Part shown: piece after piece, positions 27,340-40,000 of the stretch
How positions within the stretch are numbered: the first letter of the stretch is position 1
Layout: each line of letters begins with the position of its first letter
Assembly: GCA_964523525.1 (NCBI GenBank)
Contig: CAZFYO010000003.1
Coordinates: 164,147 to 228,146 of the forward strand
Source: an uncultured Elusimicrobia bacterium
GTDB taxonomy: Bacteria > Elusimicrobiota > Elusimicrobia > 2-02-FULL-39-32
Reading direction: 5' to 3'
Length of the DNA: 64,000 bases
Translations under genes and position numbers: made by a program
The notes under the pieces: model-generated
Told to the model about the DNA's origin: nothing
The model's database searches: none
The model's input: the letters and a program-made list of their open reading frames with translations, nothing else

Positions 27340-27867
27340 ATGAAACACCACAACCTGACCCTCGAGATTAAAAAGCGCGCGATGGCCGTTCTGGCCGGAG
27401 CGGCTTTTTGCCTTTCCTTCATCGCCGTTTCCCATGCCGCCGATCCCGCCTCCTCCAAAGCATACTGGACTAATTTCCTGAACGATGGGTTGAGCGACCA
27501 GTCGCTCGACGTGCGGGACTCCGCCAACCGGCCGGTCTCCGGGCGGGTCCAAAAGGACTCCTTCAAACAGCTGTTCATCCTTACTGTTTTCCGTTTTGCC
27601 GACACCGAATTTTCTCCCGGATTGAGCCGCCTCCGCAGGATGCTTGCGGACGCCATTAACCCTCTGGCCCAGAAACTGCGGGCCGCGGCCGGACACATTT
27701 GGCAATGCGCCGAGAGTTTCGCGCTGAACCTCAACAAGCAGATCCACCGCCTCGTCCGCTTTGTCCCCTTGGGCGCGGGGGATTCTCCCGGCGGGATCAT
27801 CTCCCGGGATTCCGGCCTCTCGATTTCGTTTCAAACCGCACAATCCAACCTGCCTCTCCGCTGCTAA
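27340..27867 (+). CDS. Hypothetical small secreted protein (175 aa) immediately upstream of the giant gene
   Basis: Signal-peptide-like segment MAVLAGAAFCLSFIAVSHAADP. The true start may be the internal Met at ~27382. No recognisable domain and no obvious SD, so it is uncertain. Confidence 0.35.
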   Translation: MKHHNLTLEIKKRAMAVLAGAAFCLSFIAVSHAADPASSKAYWTNFLNDGLSDQSLDVRDSANRPVSGRVQKDSFKQLFILTVFRFADTEFSPGLSRLRRMLADAINPLAQKLRAAAGHIWQCAESFALNLNKQIHRLVRFVPLGAGDSPGGIISRDSGLSISFQTAQSNLPLRC

Positions 27868-27998
27868 TCCGCCCGCTCGCCTAGAGCGTTTCTCCCCTTG
27901 GGGAAGCGCGCACGTCTCCGAACACCGGCCGCCAACCGTCTGATTGATTGTTTTATCGCCATTGCTCCGCCCGTTTTTTGAAAGGCACAGTTTCGTTT

Positions 27999-28024
27999 TA
28001 CGCGCGCACGCGCGTGCGCGTACG
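27999..28024. repeat. 26-nt perfectly alternating pyrimidine-purine, near-palindromic tract TACGCGCGCACGCGCGTGCGCGTACG ~40 nt upstream of the giant-gene start
   Basis: Read directly from the sequence. Potential Z-DNA-forming segment or a stable ~10-bp RNA hairpin (one A-C mismatch) in the inter-cistronic region. Confidence 0.3.
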
Positions 28025-28064
28025 AGGAATCGACGGAAAAAAGGAGCCTGAACCACTCGAAACC

Positions 28065-31000
28065 ATGAGCATCGCAAGCGTGAAGAAATTCTTCAGAACC
28101 AGCCTCGCCCTCCTCGGAGCGGCGAGCCTGGTCTTGCTTGCGCGCACCACCTGGACCGCCGACACCTACTGGCCGAACGCCAACATCGGCACCGACCCCG
28201 AGCTGTGGCACGGTGAGACGGCGTTCTCGCTCAATGGTCAGACCAACCTCTTCGATTTCGCGAACTCCACAACTCGGCAGATGGCCGTATCGTTCACGGC
28301 GCCGACGCTCTCCACGATGACCCTGCAGGAAGTCCTGCTCCCCTGGTCTCAGTCCAACACGAACCAGACCCAGACCGTGCGCGTCCGTGTCGCAGACGAT
28401 GATAACGGCGATCCGAGCGGCGTGTACATCGCGACCGGAACCCTGGTGATCGTGAACGAACCCAACACCGGAAAATGGCGCAGTTTTGATATGACGGGCG
28501 GCGGCCCCGCGCCGACGCTGTCCGCCGGGTCCGTTTACCATCTCGTCATCGATAAAACAGTGGGAGGCCGTAATACGGTACAGGGTATTCCGGTCCGCAG
28601 ATCCATTGCCACTGCGCTCAATGATCCTTCGGCATTGAAGCGCGTGGTTTCCACGGCTACCGCGGCGACGCCGAACCTGGCCATGAACGTCAGCACGCGC
28701 GGCGCCACCAACGAAGCCTGGATGCCTCAGGACGCGGAACCCACCTTCCTGGTGAAGTTCGGCGTCACGCTTCCCAACCTGTTCTATTGGGGCAACCCCT
28801 ATCCCAGTCTCAGCGATAACACCAACAACGGCGCCCCCGCTGGACAGTTCAACGACTACTCACCCCGCATCAACCAGGCGTTGTACAAGTCCATCCTGCT
28901 GAGGTCTTCGGCCGGCGGGGGAACGAAAAAATTAAGCCGCCTCAACGTGCTGGTCGGCAAGGACACCACCACGCCCGCGGAGTCCCTGAAGATTTCGATT
29001 GAACGGACCGATACCTACGAGATGGTCGTTCCCACTGTTACCTTCGTACGCGGAACGGATTTTGCATCGGTGGACGAAGTCGTGTGGAAAACCATCAATC
29101 TGGCCAGCAACTCCGTAGTCTTAGCGGAAGGCGTCCCCTACCGCATCAAATTTTTCTCGCCAAATTCGGGAAATAATTTGGGTTACCGGCTCTACATTCA
29201 TGCGGCTTGCGATGCCGGCGGCGTGGAATGTAACCTGGACACGGTCTACTCGGAGGCCACGTTCGATGGAGACAATACCGCGATCGAAGAGTCGTCGGAC
29301 AGCGGCGTCACCTGGACACCGAATTACGGCGCCGACATAAACTTCCAGATGCGGTTCGACAACGACGTTCCGCTGATGGCCATCACCCAGCCGGCGCAGA
29401 ACGACGAATGGAACTCGATTCCCGTGATTTCCGGAACCGCTGAGGACCAGGACAAGACTGATCACGCTCTGAGCTCGCGCACCGTGGAAGTTCATATCAA
29501 GAACATTACTAACGGTTCCAATGAAGAGTGGAGCGGGACGGCCTGGGCCCCGCCGACCGGAGCCGATACGGACAACTGGAATTCCACGGGAGCCATATCC
29601 TATACCAACGGATTCAATACCCACAATTGGGACTACCGCATCCCAGCGGCAAACTGGACGCCCCAGGCCAAATACAATGTGCGCGCCCGCGCCTACGACG
29701 CGGTGCGAAACGTCTCCACCGTTTACTCCACAACTTTCACCTACAGCCCGTATCGAGGCTCACCGGAAGCGCCCGATTCCCTCCTGACCAGCATCGTGGA
29801 TAAATCGACGGTTGCAGTGGTCAATGGACTGATCGGTACGGCGAACGACGTCAATCCTCTGACTGATATTTTGGGCAACGGATTCACGGGCGTTTCCAAC
29901 GTCAAAGTGTACGTCAAGGACACGGATTCCAACGTCTGGTGGAACAGCGGCGCGTCCACCTTCTCCTCTACCGTGGAAACGTCGCTGTTCGCGTCCTTCA
30001 ATTCGCAAAATCCCGGCGGAAATTACGACTGGCAGATCACCGCGATCGGAAACCTGAATTTCATTCATGGCAAGCGGTACGCCGTCTATACGCGCGCCAT
30101 CGATAACAGCAACGTCTCGATAGCGACCGGCGTGGTGGAAAACCTGATCAGCACAATCACGTTCCGCGTGGACCGCGCAACTCCGACCGCGGCGATCACC
30201 CAGCCGGCGCATCAGGGTTCCGCTCCCTCGGCCATTATCATCAGCGGTACCGCCGTGGACTCTGTCTCCGGAGTTCAGCGGGTGGAGTATATGATCCAGG
30301 ACCTGAGCGGATCCAACCCCGGTTTCTACCTTAATAGCGCGGGCAACGGCTGGTCGATTTCCGAACCGTCCGATTGGCCCGACGCCGACATGGGCGTGCA
30401 GTTTTCCACCTGGTCCGCCGCTCCCGGAACGACCTTGACCAGCGGCGATTACGTGGTTCGCGCGCGCGTCTACGACATCGTGGGCAACAACACGGCCGGG
30501 ACTTACTCGCTTACGGTTACATCCATCACTGTAACGGTCGACAATACCCCGCCCACGTCCGCCGTGACAGTTCCGACGCACACTTACGTGGGCGCATTCA
30601 CGGCGATCAGCGGAACCGCCAACGATAATGCGAACCTCAACACCGGCGCCCAGATCAACCTCACGGTCTATCAGTCAACTTCTGGAAATTTCTGGTATGA
30701 CCCGGACGGCGATGGGGCCATCGTCGGCCGGTGGAGAAACGTTCTTTCTTCCATTACAATTACCAGCGTTCCGAATTCTCCGAGCTGGAACTGGACCTAT
30801 ACTCCTCCCGCGCACATGTTCCGGACGGGCGGCACCTACGTTTTATGCTCGACGGCCACCGACACGTCCACCAACCGCCAGACCGGCGGGAACGTGGTCT
30901 ATACGGTACAGTACGACACGCAGACTCCCGTCGCCCAATTCCAGAAGCCCGAGTTCGGGCTGGGCTGGATCCGGAGCCTGCCGACCATCTCCGGAACAAG

Positions 31001-34000
31001 CTGGGACGCTTTCGACGGCCTGGCGTTTTCGAGCATCAGCGCCGTGGACGTGGAGATCCGCGAAGACCCCACGATTACCGGCGACTATTGGAACAATACG
31101 GGCCAATCCTACGGCGGTTCGCAGCTTTGGAATACGGCAACCCTCGGCGCGCAGAACGGGGGCGCCCGTAGCTGGAGCCTGACCGGAACGGTGGAGAACG
31201 CGTTCCGCCTCCTGGGCGCGACCTACACGATTACAATCCGGGCTCAGGACAACGCTCCCATCCCGTCCAGCGGATACAGCAAAAACCTGCAGAACCCGAC
31301 CTCGTCCTATGTTTTTCTGTGGGACGCGGAACGTCCGACGACGACAATTACCAGCCCGACTTTATCGCGCCATAACGACGCGAGCTGGTCATCCCTTTAC
31401 AGCGTCACGAATTCGAGCGCCATCCAGGGTTACGCGATAGACGGGTCCAACCGCTCGGGAATCTCCGCGGTGCAAATGCGGATCGACCGCAACAATCTGA
31501 CGGCTTCTCATTGGGACTTCGCCACCCAGGTCTGGACCGCCGGTCTTTCTTCGGATTCCGACTGGGTCAGCATCCCCGTCGTTCGCTACGCGTCTTCCTC
31601 CACCTGGAGCTACGCGGCGCTCAAATCCTCCGCACTGGCGGATACCGGCAGTTATTCCATCTATGTGCGCTCTCGCGACAACGCCCTGGCATTCGACAAT
31701 AACGCCGCCAATAACTTCAACTGGAACTGGCAGAATTCCAGCACCACTTTCATTTACGACGTCACAACGCCGGTATCGGTCTCCACTCAGCCGACCACTT
31801 CGCTGACATTCATCAACAGCTGGGACCAGGCCGTCGGCATCCGAGGCACCGCTTCCGATCCCAACAGCGGGGTCATCAACCAGGTGAACGTCGGCGTCCG
31901 GCGCAACAGCGACATGAAATGGTGGAACACCTCCAACCAGGACTTTACCGACTCGCCGGGACCCACCCTGGTCTCCACCAACATCGTGGCGGGCGCGCCC
32001 TATCAGTTCTGGTACATCCCTTTCCGTCAGAATGACGTGTCGGTGCGCAACGAGCTCACGCACAACACATCCTACGCGATCCTGATCCAGGCGGTGGACA
32101 GCCTGGCGCAGTCGGAGTCGCTGGGGAAAGCCTATACCACGTTCTATTTCGACATCGCCAAGCCGACGGCGGCCGTGTCCTGGCCGGACTCGAACGGAGG
32201 CCTGAACAACCGCAGCTACAACTCCGTGACCAGCGCCTCGGGTACAATCGCCGATAACATCCCGGTGACCGTCGGCATTGTGGAACCCCTGGACGCGAGC
32301 CTCATCGAGGTCCAGATTACCACGGCCGGCAGCGACGGCACTTACTTCTATCAGGGGCCGAACGTGGCGCAGGGATCGCGCTGGAGCAAGACGCAGAAGT
32401 GGCTTTCGAACTCGGACGGCCAGGTGAACATAACCTATAATTCAACGCTTGGGACGTGGCAGTATGCGGAAACGGGGTGCAACGGATCGCTCTGCGTCGG
32501 GGACGACAGTGTTTGGCAGAACGGCACCCAGTACGGCATCCGCGCCCGCGCCACCGACAAAGCGGGGAACGTCCAGACCGCTTTCACCAATTTCCAAACG
32601 ACCTTCACTTTTGATAACTCCGGTCCTTCGGCCGTGAGCGTCACCAACCCGGCTCCGGCGCACACGCACCGCCGCAGCCTGACCACGATTTCCGGTACCG
32701 CGACCGACAACGGCGGCGTATCGTCCATGGATTTCCGGGTCTGCATGACCAGCGATACGAACACCTGCTGGGACGGATCGAGATGGGCGGTGAACGCCAG
32801 CACCTACAATCAGGCGTATTTTGACGGAACCGCCTGGGGGGCTCCCATCAGCGTGAGTGCCTGGCAGGACGGATACCAGTACTCCATCATCCCGCGGGCG
32901 CGCGACGGCGTGCTGCCCGCCGGCAACGCCACGGTGGGAACGGCCAAAACGTTCCGCTGGGACTCCACCGTCCCCACGTCCGGGATCCAGTTCCCCGTTC
33001 CGAACCCGCCGGACAACTATTACAAGAGCTCGCAGATGGGCTCCATCGTGGGTACCGCGGACGATACGTCGCCCGGCACCCTGAGCAAAGTTGAACTCGC
33101 GATCACCCGTCTCACCCTCGGCGGCGCCGCGGAAGTCGAGTTTGATTACACGAACCGCTTTGACGACAGCCAGCGTTGGAACTCCGCCGCGCCCGGAACG
33201 CCTCTCTACTTCAATGCGGCCGGCAATCCCACTCTGGCGAGCTGGATCTACAGCATCGACTTTTCCACCTGGTTTGAAACAGGCCGCTCTTACCAGATTC
33301 GCGTCCGCGCGGAAGACGCGGGGCAAAACGTCCTGTCCGGAGGGACGGGCAATCAGTCCATCGTCCGGATGAGCTCGTTCACCATCGATAACACGGCGCC
33401 GCTTTCCGCCAGCACCTCTCCCGTGGCCAACGACATCGTTTCCACCCTCGCCGCCATATTCGGGACGGCGAGCGACTCGGGCGGCGCGGACATTTCCACG
33501 GTTTCGATCCACATCCGCCAGACGAACACGGGAACTCGCAGCGCCGCGAACTGGAACGGCTCAGGATTCGTTGAAGGCGCGGACAACGCCTCCAGCTTCG
33601 CGAACTGGTTCATGGTATCCGGCGTGGACGCGGCCACGCATACGTGGCGCTACGCCACGGTGACCGGCACGGAATGGGCCGGCGGCACGGGCGTGAACGA
33701 AGCCTATCAATACCGGGTGGTGTCCCGCGCCGAAGACCGCGCGGGCAATCACGAGGTGAGCCGCACGACCATCACGTTTGTCTACGACGCCCGCAAGCCG
33801 GCCTCCAATTTCACTAATCCTCCTTATAACAACTACTTCACCTCTTACACCCTGACGTATATCTCGGGAACCGCGACGGACCCGGGCGCCAACGGCGTCA
33901 CGGGAATTTTTGTCACCGGTGTGCGGGCGAAAATCCAGAGGATGGACACGGGCGAGTATTGGGATGCCGCGCAGGCGCCCGGCCTGAGATGGCAGACCGC

Positions 34001-37000
34001 GATCACCTCGAACAACGCCTCGGCGGCGGACGGCTCTTTTGACGGAACGTCCAACGAACCCTGGCGTTACGACATCAGCGACGGGGAGTTCTGGGTCAGC
34101 AACACATCCTATACCATCACCAGCGTCGCGCGCGATGCCGCCACGGTTCCGGGACCCAACGTGGAAACCGCGGTTCCTTCGCGGATATTCATTTACGATC
34201 CCGTCCTGCCGGGCGCCACGATCCAGGCGCCGGTCTCGGCGGACCATTACAACCGGCATTCCAAACCCCTGCTGACGATCTCCGGCACGGCGACCGACGC
34301 GGCGCCGGGCTCGATCGACCGCGTGATCGTGAAAATCCAGAGCGGCACGGGCGTCAACTACTGGACAGGATCGGCCTGGGACACGAGCATCACGAGCCTT
34401 ACCGCGACTTTGGGCGCGGGAACCACCAATTGGAATTTCGATATTCCGGGCACGGCCTGGGAGGATGGAAATATTTACAAGGTTTATGCCTACGCCGTGG
34501 ACCGGGCCTCCAACAACATCACGGGCGCGAGCCAGATCGTCAAAACTTTCACGATGGATCTCACGACCCCGACCGCCGTCGTCATCTCGCCCCTGGACGA
34601 CGCATCAAACGGCATCGCCTCCATTCAGGGCATTTCCGGAACCGCTTCGGACCCTGCGCCCGGCCAGATCATGACGGTCGAGTTTCAGATAGAAGAGAAA
34701 GGCGGCGGCTATTCGGAGAGCAGCAGCAAATTTCTGAACTCCGGCAAGACCGCGTTCGACGCGTCCTCCAACACGTTCCACAGCGCGACGTTCCTGACGG
34801 GCAGCACCTGGACGCTGAACACGTCGGTCGTGCCCTGGGGCAACGGGAATTACCGCGTGTACATGCGCGTCACGGACCGCGCCACCAACTACAACACTAA
34901 ACCCGGCGCGGCGGGACCTTTCTCGGCCATGGTCGAGTTCAAATTTGAATCCCAACCGGAGTCGTACATCACATTCCCCGCGCATGACTCCTATAAAAGA
35001 CCCTCGCAGGTCTCGGCCCCCAGCGCCATCTCCGGCACCGCCAAGGACGGCGCGGCGAAAGTGGACGCCAAGCTGGTGGACTGCGGCGACGACTTCGATT
35101 GTACCACCGGCGCCGATAACTACGGCTGGTGGGGCTCGTCCTGGTCCGCCAACGCCACGGGCTACATCACGACGACTTTGGACGGCGTGCCCAGCCCGGA
35201 CACCTGGAATTTCTCTGTGCCGCAGGCTTCCTGGACGGCCTTGGGGCAGTCGCGCAAATACCTGCTGGTTTCGCGCTCCTACCTGGGAATCACCCCGGAG
35301 CACGCGGTCGATCCAAACCCCAGCGGAGCGCAGCGCAACGCCAAGAATTTCGTCGTCGACAACCAAAACCCGACCGTGGGCGTGACGCGGCCCTCCAACA
35401 ACGTGGCGTTCACGAGCGCGGCGCTGACCAGCGTTTCAGGCACCGCGTCCGATGCTTCGCCGGGCGCCCTGGATACGACTTCCGTTAAGTTCCGCATCGT
35501 CCGCTCCTCTGATTCCGCCGAGTGGAACACGGGGTCTCAGGTCTTCGTCAATCCTCCGGGCGACCTGTTCTCGGCCACCAACCTGGGCGGCGGCAACTTC
35601 AGCTTTACGAACGCGGACTTTACCAACAGCCGTCCCTGGGTGGACGGCGTGAACTACGCGATCTATATCCAGGCCAACGATTCCGCCGGCAACCCCGCAG
35701 GCAGCGCGGTCGAAGCCTTCAACACGTTCGTTTATGATATCTCAGTTCCGTCCGCCGCCATCCTGATTCCGGCGGCCAACAATCTCTTTATCCGCCCGCT
35801 TTCGACCATCAACGGCACCGTGATCGACGTGGACCCCGACGTGACGCGCAATGACATCAGCTCGAGCGGCGTTCACGCGGTGCACCTCACCATCCAGTCT
35901 CTTGGACCCAACCAGCCCGGCGACTATTTCGACGGCGCGTCGTTCGGATCGGGCGTTTCAACCCTGACGGCCACTCTGACGGGCAACAACTGGAGCTACA
36001 ACAACGCCGGCCTCTATAATTTCCTGGCCAACGCCAGCAACGCGGGCAACACCTACACGATAAGAACCTGGGCGGTTGACCGCGCCTCGAACGCTTCCAT
36101 TAACAACGCCTCGGTCGGATTCGCTTCCATGACGTTCACGATTGATCCCAGCTCACCGACCATGGCCGTTACATCGCCGGCGGACGGGTCCAAGTACCGC
36201 ACGAATAACGTCCCTCAGATTGTTGGTACCGCGGTTGACTCGCCGACGGGCGCGGGCAAAGCCAGCGCCGGCCTCAAGAACCCCGGGCTTTCCGCGGACG
36301 GCGGCATTATCGTGGAAGTTTCCTATCTGCACGGCGGCAGCACCTATTATTTTGATAACGTCACGCCCTGGACTACGGTCTTTACCACGCGTCAGCCCAC
36401 GACGCAGACGCCCTGGAACCTGACGACCCCGGCACAGGCCGCCTATGACGATGTCATCTCGAACCACGGAGATAAACAGATTCGCGTCCGGGTTCGCGCG
36501 CGCGACGCGGTGCGCCTGTCCGATAACAGCGGCTACGATTCCAACCTCGCCGACTACACCGGATACACCAGCTTCATTATTGACGGAACGCCGCCGGTTT
36601 CGAGCGTGACGACGCCCGCCCCGGGAGCGCTTCTGAACGCTCTGACCTCGATCGCGGGCACGGCGAACGCGGACCTTTCGGGGTTGGCCGGACTGGACGT
36701 GCGGATCGCGACGCCGTCGGCGGCGCCCGCTTCCTGGTGGACGGGCTCGAGTTGGAGCGCGACCGAGTTCTGGGTGCCGGCCACCGTGGACTCGCAGACG
36801 GCCTGGCATTACGATATCTCGGCTTCAATGCTGGTTTCCAGCCGCACCTATCAGTTCGCTTCACGCGCCTACGACGTGGTCGGCAACACCCAGACCGCCA
36901 TCACGGTTTCGAGTTTCACTTTTGACAATGTTCCCGGCGTGGTGGTGAGCACCCTGCCCGTCACGAGCCAATATTACGGCGGCTCCGGCGTTACTCCCTT

Positions 37001-40000
37001 TACGGGTAACTATACGCCGCGTCCGCTCTCCATGATCGCCGGCACCGCCGAAGACGCTTTGGGCGGCGTGCGCCGCGTGGAGCTGGAGATCCGGCAGAGC
37101 AGTGCGGTGCTGTACTACGATGGCACCGGATTCGCGGCGCTTTCATCTTCCTGGAATGTCACGAACCAGGTGACCTACCATACCAGCTCGGCCACATGGC
37201 GAATGGTCAATCTCCCCGCGCTGCACAGCAGCAGCCGTTACCTCCTTCGGGCGAGGATGATCGACAACGCTCTGAATATTTCCAGCGATCCGTCGAACGG
37301 ATCGACCATCGATTTCCTTTATGACACGGCCTACCCCACCAGCACGCTGTTGACGCCGGCCAGCCCCTATATCCGGTCCATCTCGGTGATTTCGGGAACC
37401 GTGCAGGACGAACAGGTCGCCGACCCGAACAACACCACCGGCCGCAACGCCGGGTTTGAGCGGGTCGAAATCGCGATCCAGGAAGTGGGCGGCGGGCTTT
37501 ACTGGGACGGCGCGGGCGGCGGAAGCTTCACCCAGCCCGAGTCGTGGTACGCGGTGGACGGCGGCTTCGTGGTCTCGCAGTCCAGCGTCAACACCTGGTA
37601 TAAAACGACGCTTCCCGCTTTCTCTCCGGGCGAATCCTACTGGGTGCGCAGCCGCGTGATCGACCGCGCGCGCAACGTTTCGCTGGAGCTCGTCACCTCG
37701 ACCTACACGTTCCTTTACGATCCGACGCCCCCGACCGTGACGATCGGATATCCCGAATCGTTCCGCCTGCGCCAGTCGTCCGTTGCGTTCTCGTCCGGCA
37801 CCGCTTCCGATACGGGCGGAGCGGGCCTGAACGTGGTCCAGATGAAACTGCGGTTGAACACCGCGGGCGGATCGGGCGGCACGAACGGCAAGTTCTGGGA
37901 CCCGTCCACGTCCCGCGTCACGCCGGAAAACAACAACAATTTCTCCAAGAACGAGGATGACGATACGGCCTGGTTCAGCGCGAACGGGACTTCCATCTGG
38001 TCCACCGGTTCCTTCGCCGCAACCTGGGTGGATGGATCGTCTTACAGCATCGTGGTCCGGTCGCAGGACCGCGCCGGAAACTATTCCGCGTCTTACGCGA
38101 CCGTCAGCTTTACGATTGATAACGGCTTGCCGAGCTCCTACGTTTCGCTTCCTTCTTCCGCGGTCATCCAAGGCCTGCCGTTGGGCCGCGTTTCCGGAAC
38201 CGCGTCGGATTCCGGAACCGGCGTGGTCAACAGCGTGCAGGTCGCGGTGAAACTTTTGAGCGGCGCGGGAGATATGTGGCTGTCCGGCGGCGGACAGTTC
38301 AACGTGAACCAACTGAACCCGAACTGGCTGGATCAGGCGACCGGCGGCGTCAACTTTACTCCCGGAGCGCCGGCGGTCTGGGACCGGCCGATTCCGGCGG
38401 CGAGCCTGGTCAGCGGCGCTTCCTATTACGTGATCAGCCGCGCGGTGGATGAAGTCGCCAACCAGGAAGGCAGCGGGAACGGCAACATGAACACGATCCG
38501 CGGTTCAACCTTCACGTATGACCGCAACGTCCCGACCGCGACCGTCACGATCCCTCTTCAGCTTTCGTACAACAACGCTTCGCTGCTCCCGCGCATTTCG
38601 GGAACCGCGGCCGATCTCCTGTCGGTGGACAGCTCCGTGAACCGGGTCGCCGGGATCGACCTCTTCATCCAGCAGGCGACCGCGGCGGTTTACTGGACCG
38701 GCGGCGGCTGGTCGGCGACCCCTTCCGGCATTTCGATTTCAACCGCTTCGCTCCCCTACGGCAACACCTGGGGCTACACTCTCAGCGGCGCGGCGCTCCG
38801 CCACAACGCGACCTACTTCATCTGGGTCCGCGCGCAGGACCTGGCCGGCAACGAACAGACTTCATTCGCCGCCGGATCTTCGTCCAAAACGTTCAATTAC
38901 GATATCGGCGCGCCGACTTCGTCCATCCAGGGCCTGACGAACTTCGCTTTCTACCGCAAGGAAACCATCACCACGATTTCGGGAACGGCTGAAGACGAAG
39001 GGGAAATCGGCCGGGTCTTTACCAGCTCCTATTCGATCAAGCAGGCGAGCCCCGAACTCTGGTGGGACGGCAGCACCTTCACCTCTCCGACCGAAACCTT
39101 CTTCGCCCTGAACCACGACGGCTCGGGAATGTGGTCCACCGGCACGATGATCAACCGGTTCGTGGACGGCCGCGAATACGCGGCGCGCTTCATTTCCGTG
39201 GACCGCGCCCAGAACGTGGAAGCCCTTAAGGCCATGACCAGCTTCTATTTCGATATTTCGACGCCCTCGGTCCAGATCCAGATGCCCGTTCACGGCGCCG
39301 GTTACAACACTTTGGGAACCATCTCCGGAACCGCCGGCGACAATTTCATAGGGCTCAACAGCATCCAGAGAGTGGAGTACGCGGTGTTCGTGGACACTGG
39401 CGGCTACTACCGTTCCGGACCGCGCGACTTCGAGGCGACGACTCACTACTACAACCTCGCGACCGCGGACATGGCGAACTGGAGCCAGTGGAGCGCGACC
39501 AACATTCCCTGGTCCACGGGACGCACCTACACTTTGGACGTCCGGGCGCTGGACCGCGCCGGAAACATCCAGGCCAGCTTTACGGTCGGAGTTGATTCGC
39601 TGACGTTCACTTTCGACAGCAGCTCGCCGACCATAGCGATTGAAAGCCCGGCGGACGCTTCCGTGGGAGTGTTCACCACGCCTCGTCTCGGGACGCTCGC
39701 GGCGATTTCCGGAACCGCGGCCGACTTGAACGGCATCCGCCGAGTCGAAGTGCAGATTCAGCAGGGCGCGGCCGGCGACGCGCCGGCGCGTTACTGGAAC
39801 GGCACCGGGTTCAGCACGGTGGGTTCGAGCTGGAACGTGGCCGCGGGGGGAACCAGCTGGAGCTACGCGGTCCCCGGGCTATCGAACGACCGCAGTTACC
39901 GCATCGAAGCGCGCGCGGTAGATAATACCGATTTGGTGACGGTCAACATCTCAAGCGCGGATTTCGTGTTCGACACGTCCAGCCCCACGGCCCACTTCCA

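Noticed and set aside
27126-28077. Minus-strand ORFs 27126-27800 (224 aa) and 27145-28077 (310 aa) overlapping the leader, the small secreted ORF and the giant-gene start.
   Set aside because: They overlap the promoter and leader and the plus-strand genes. The translations are Arg/Pro-rich without domains. They are probably shadow ORFs.
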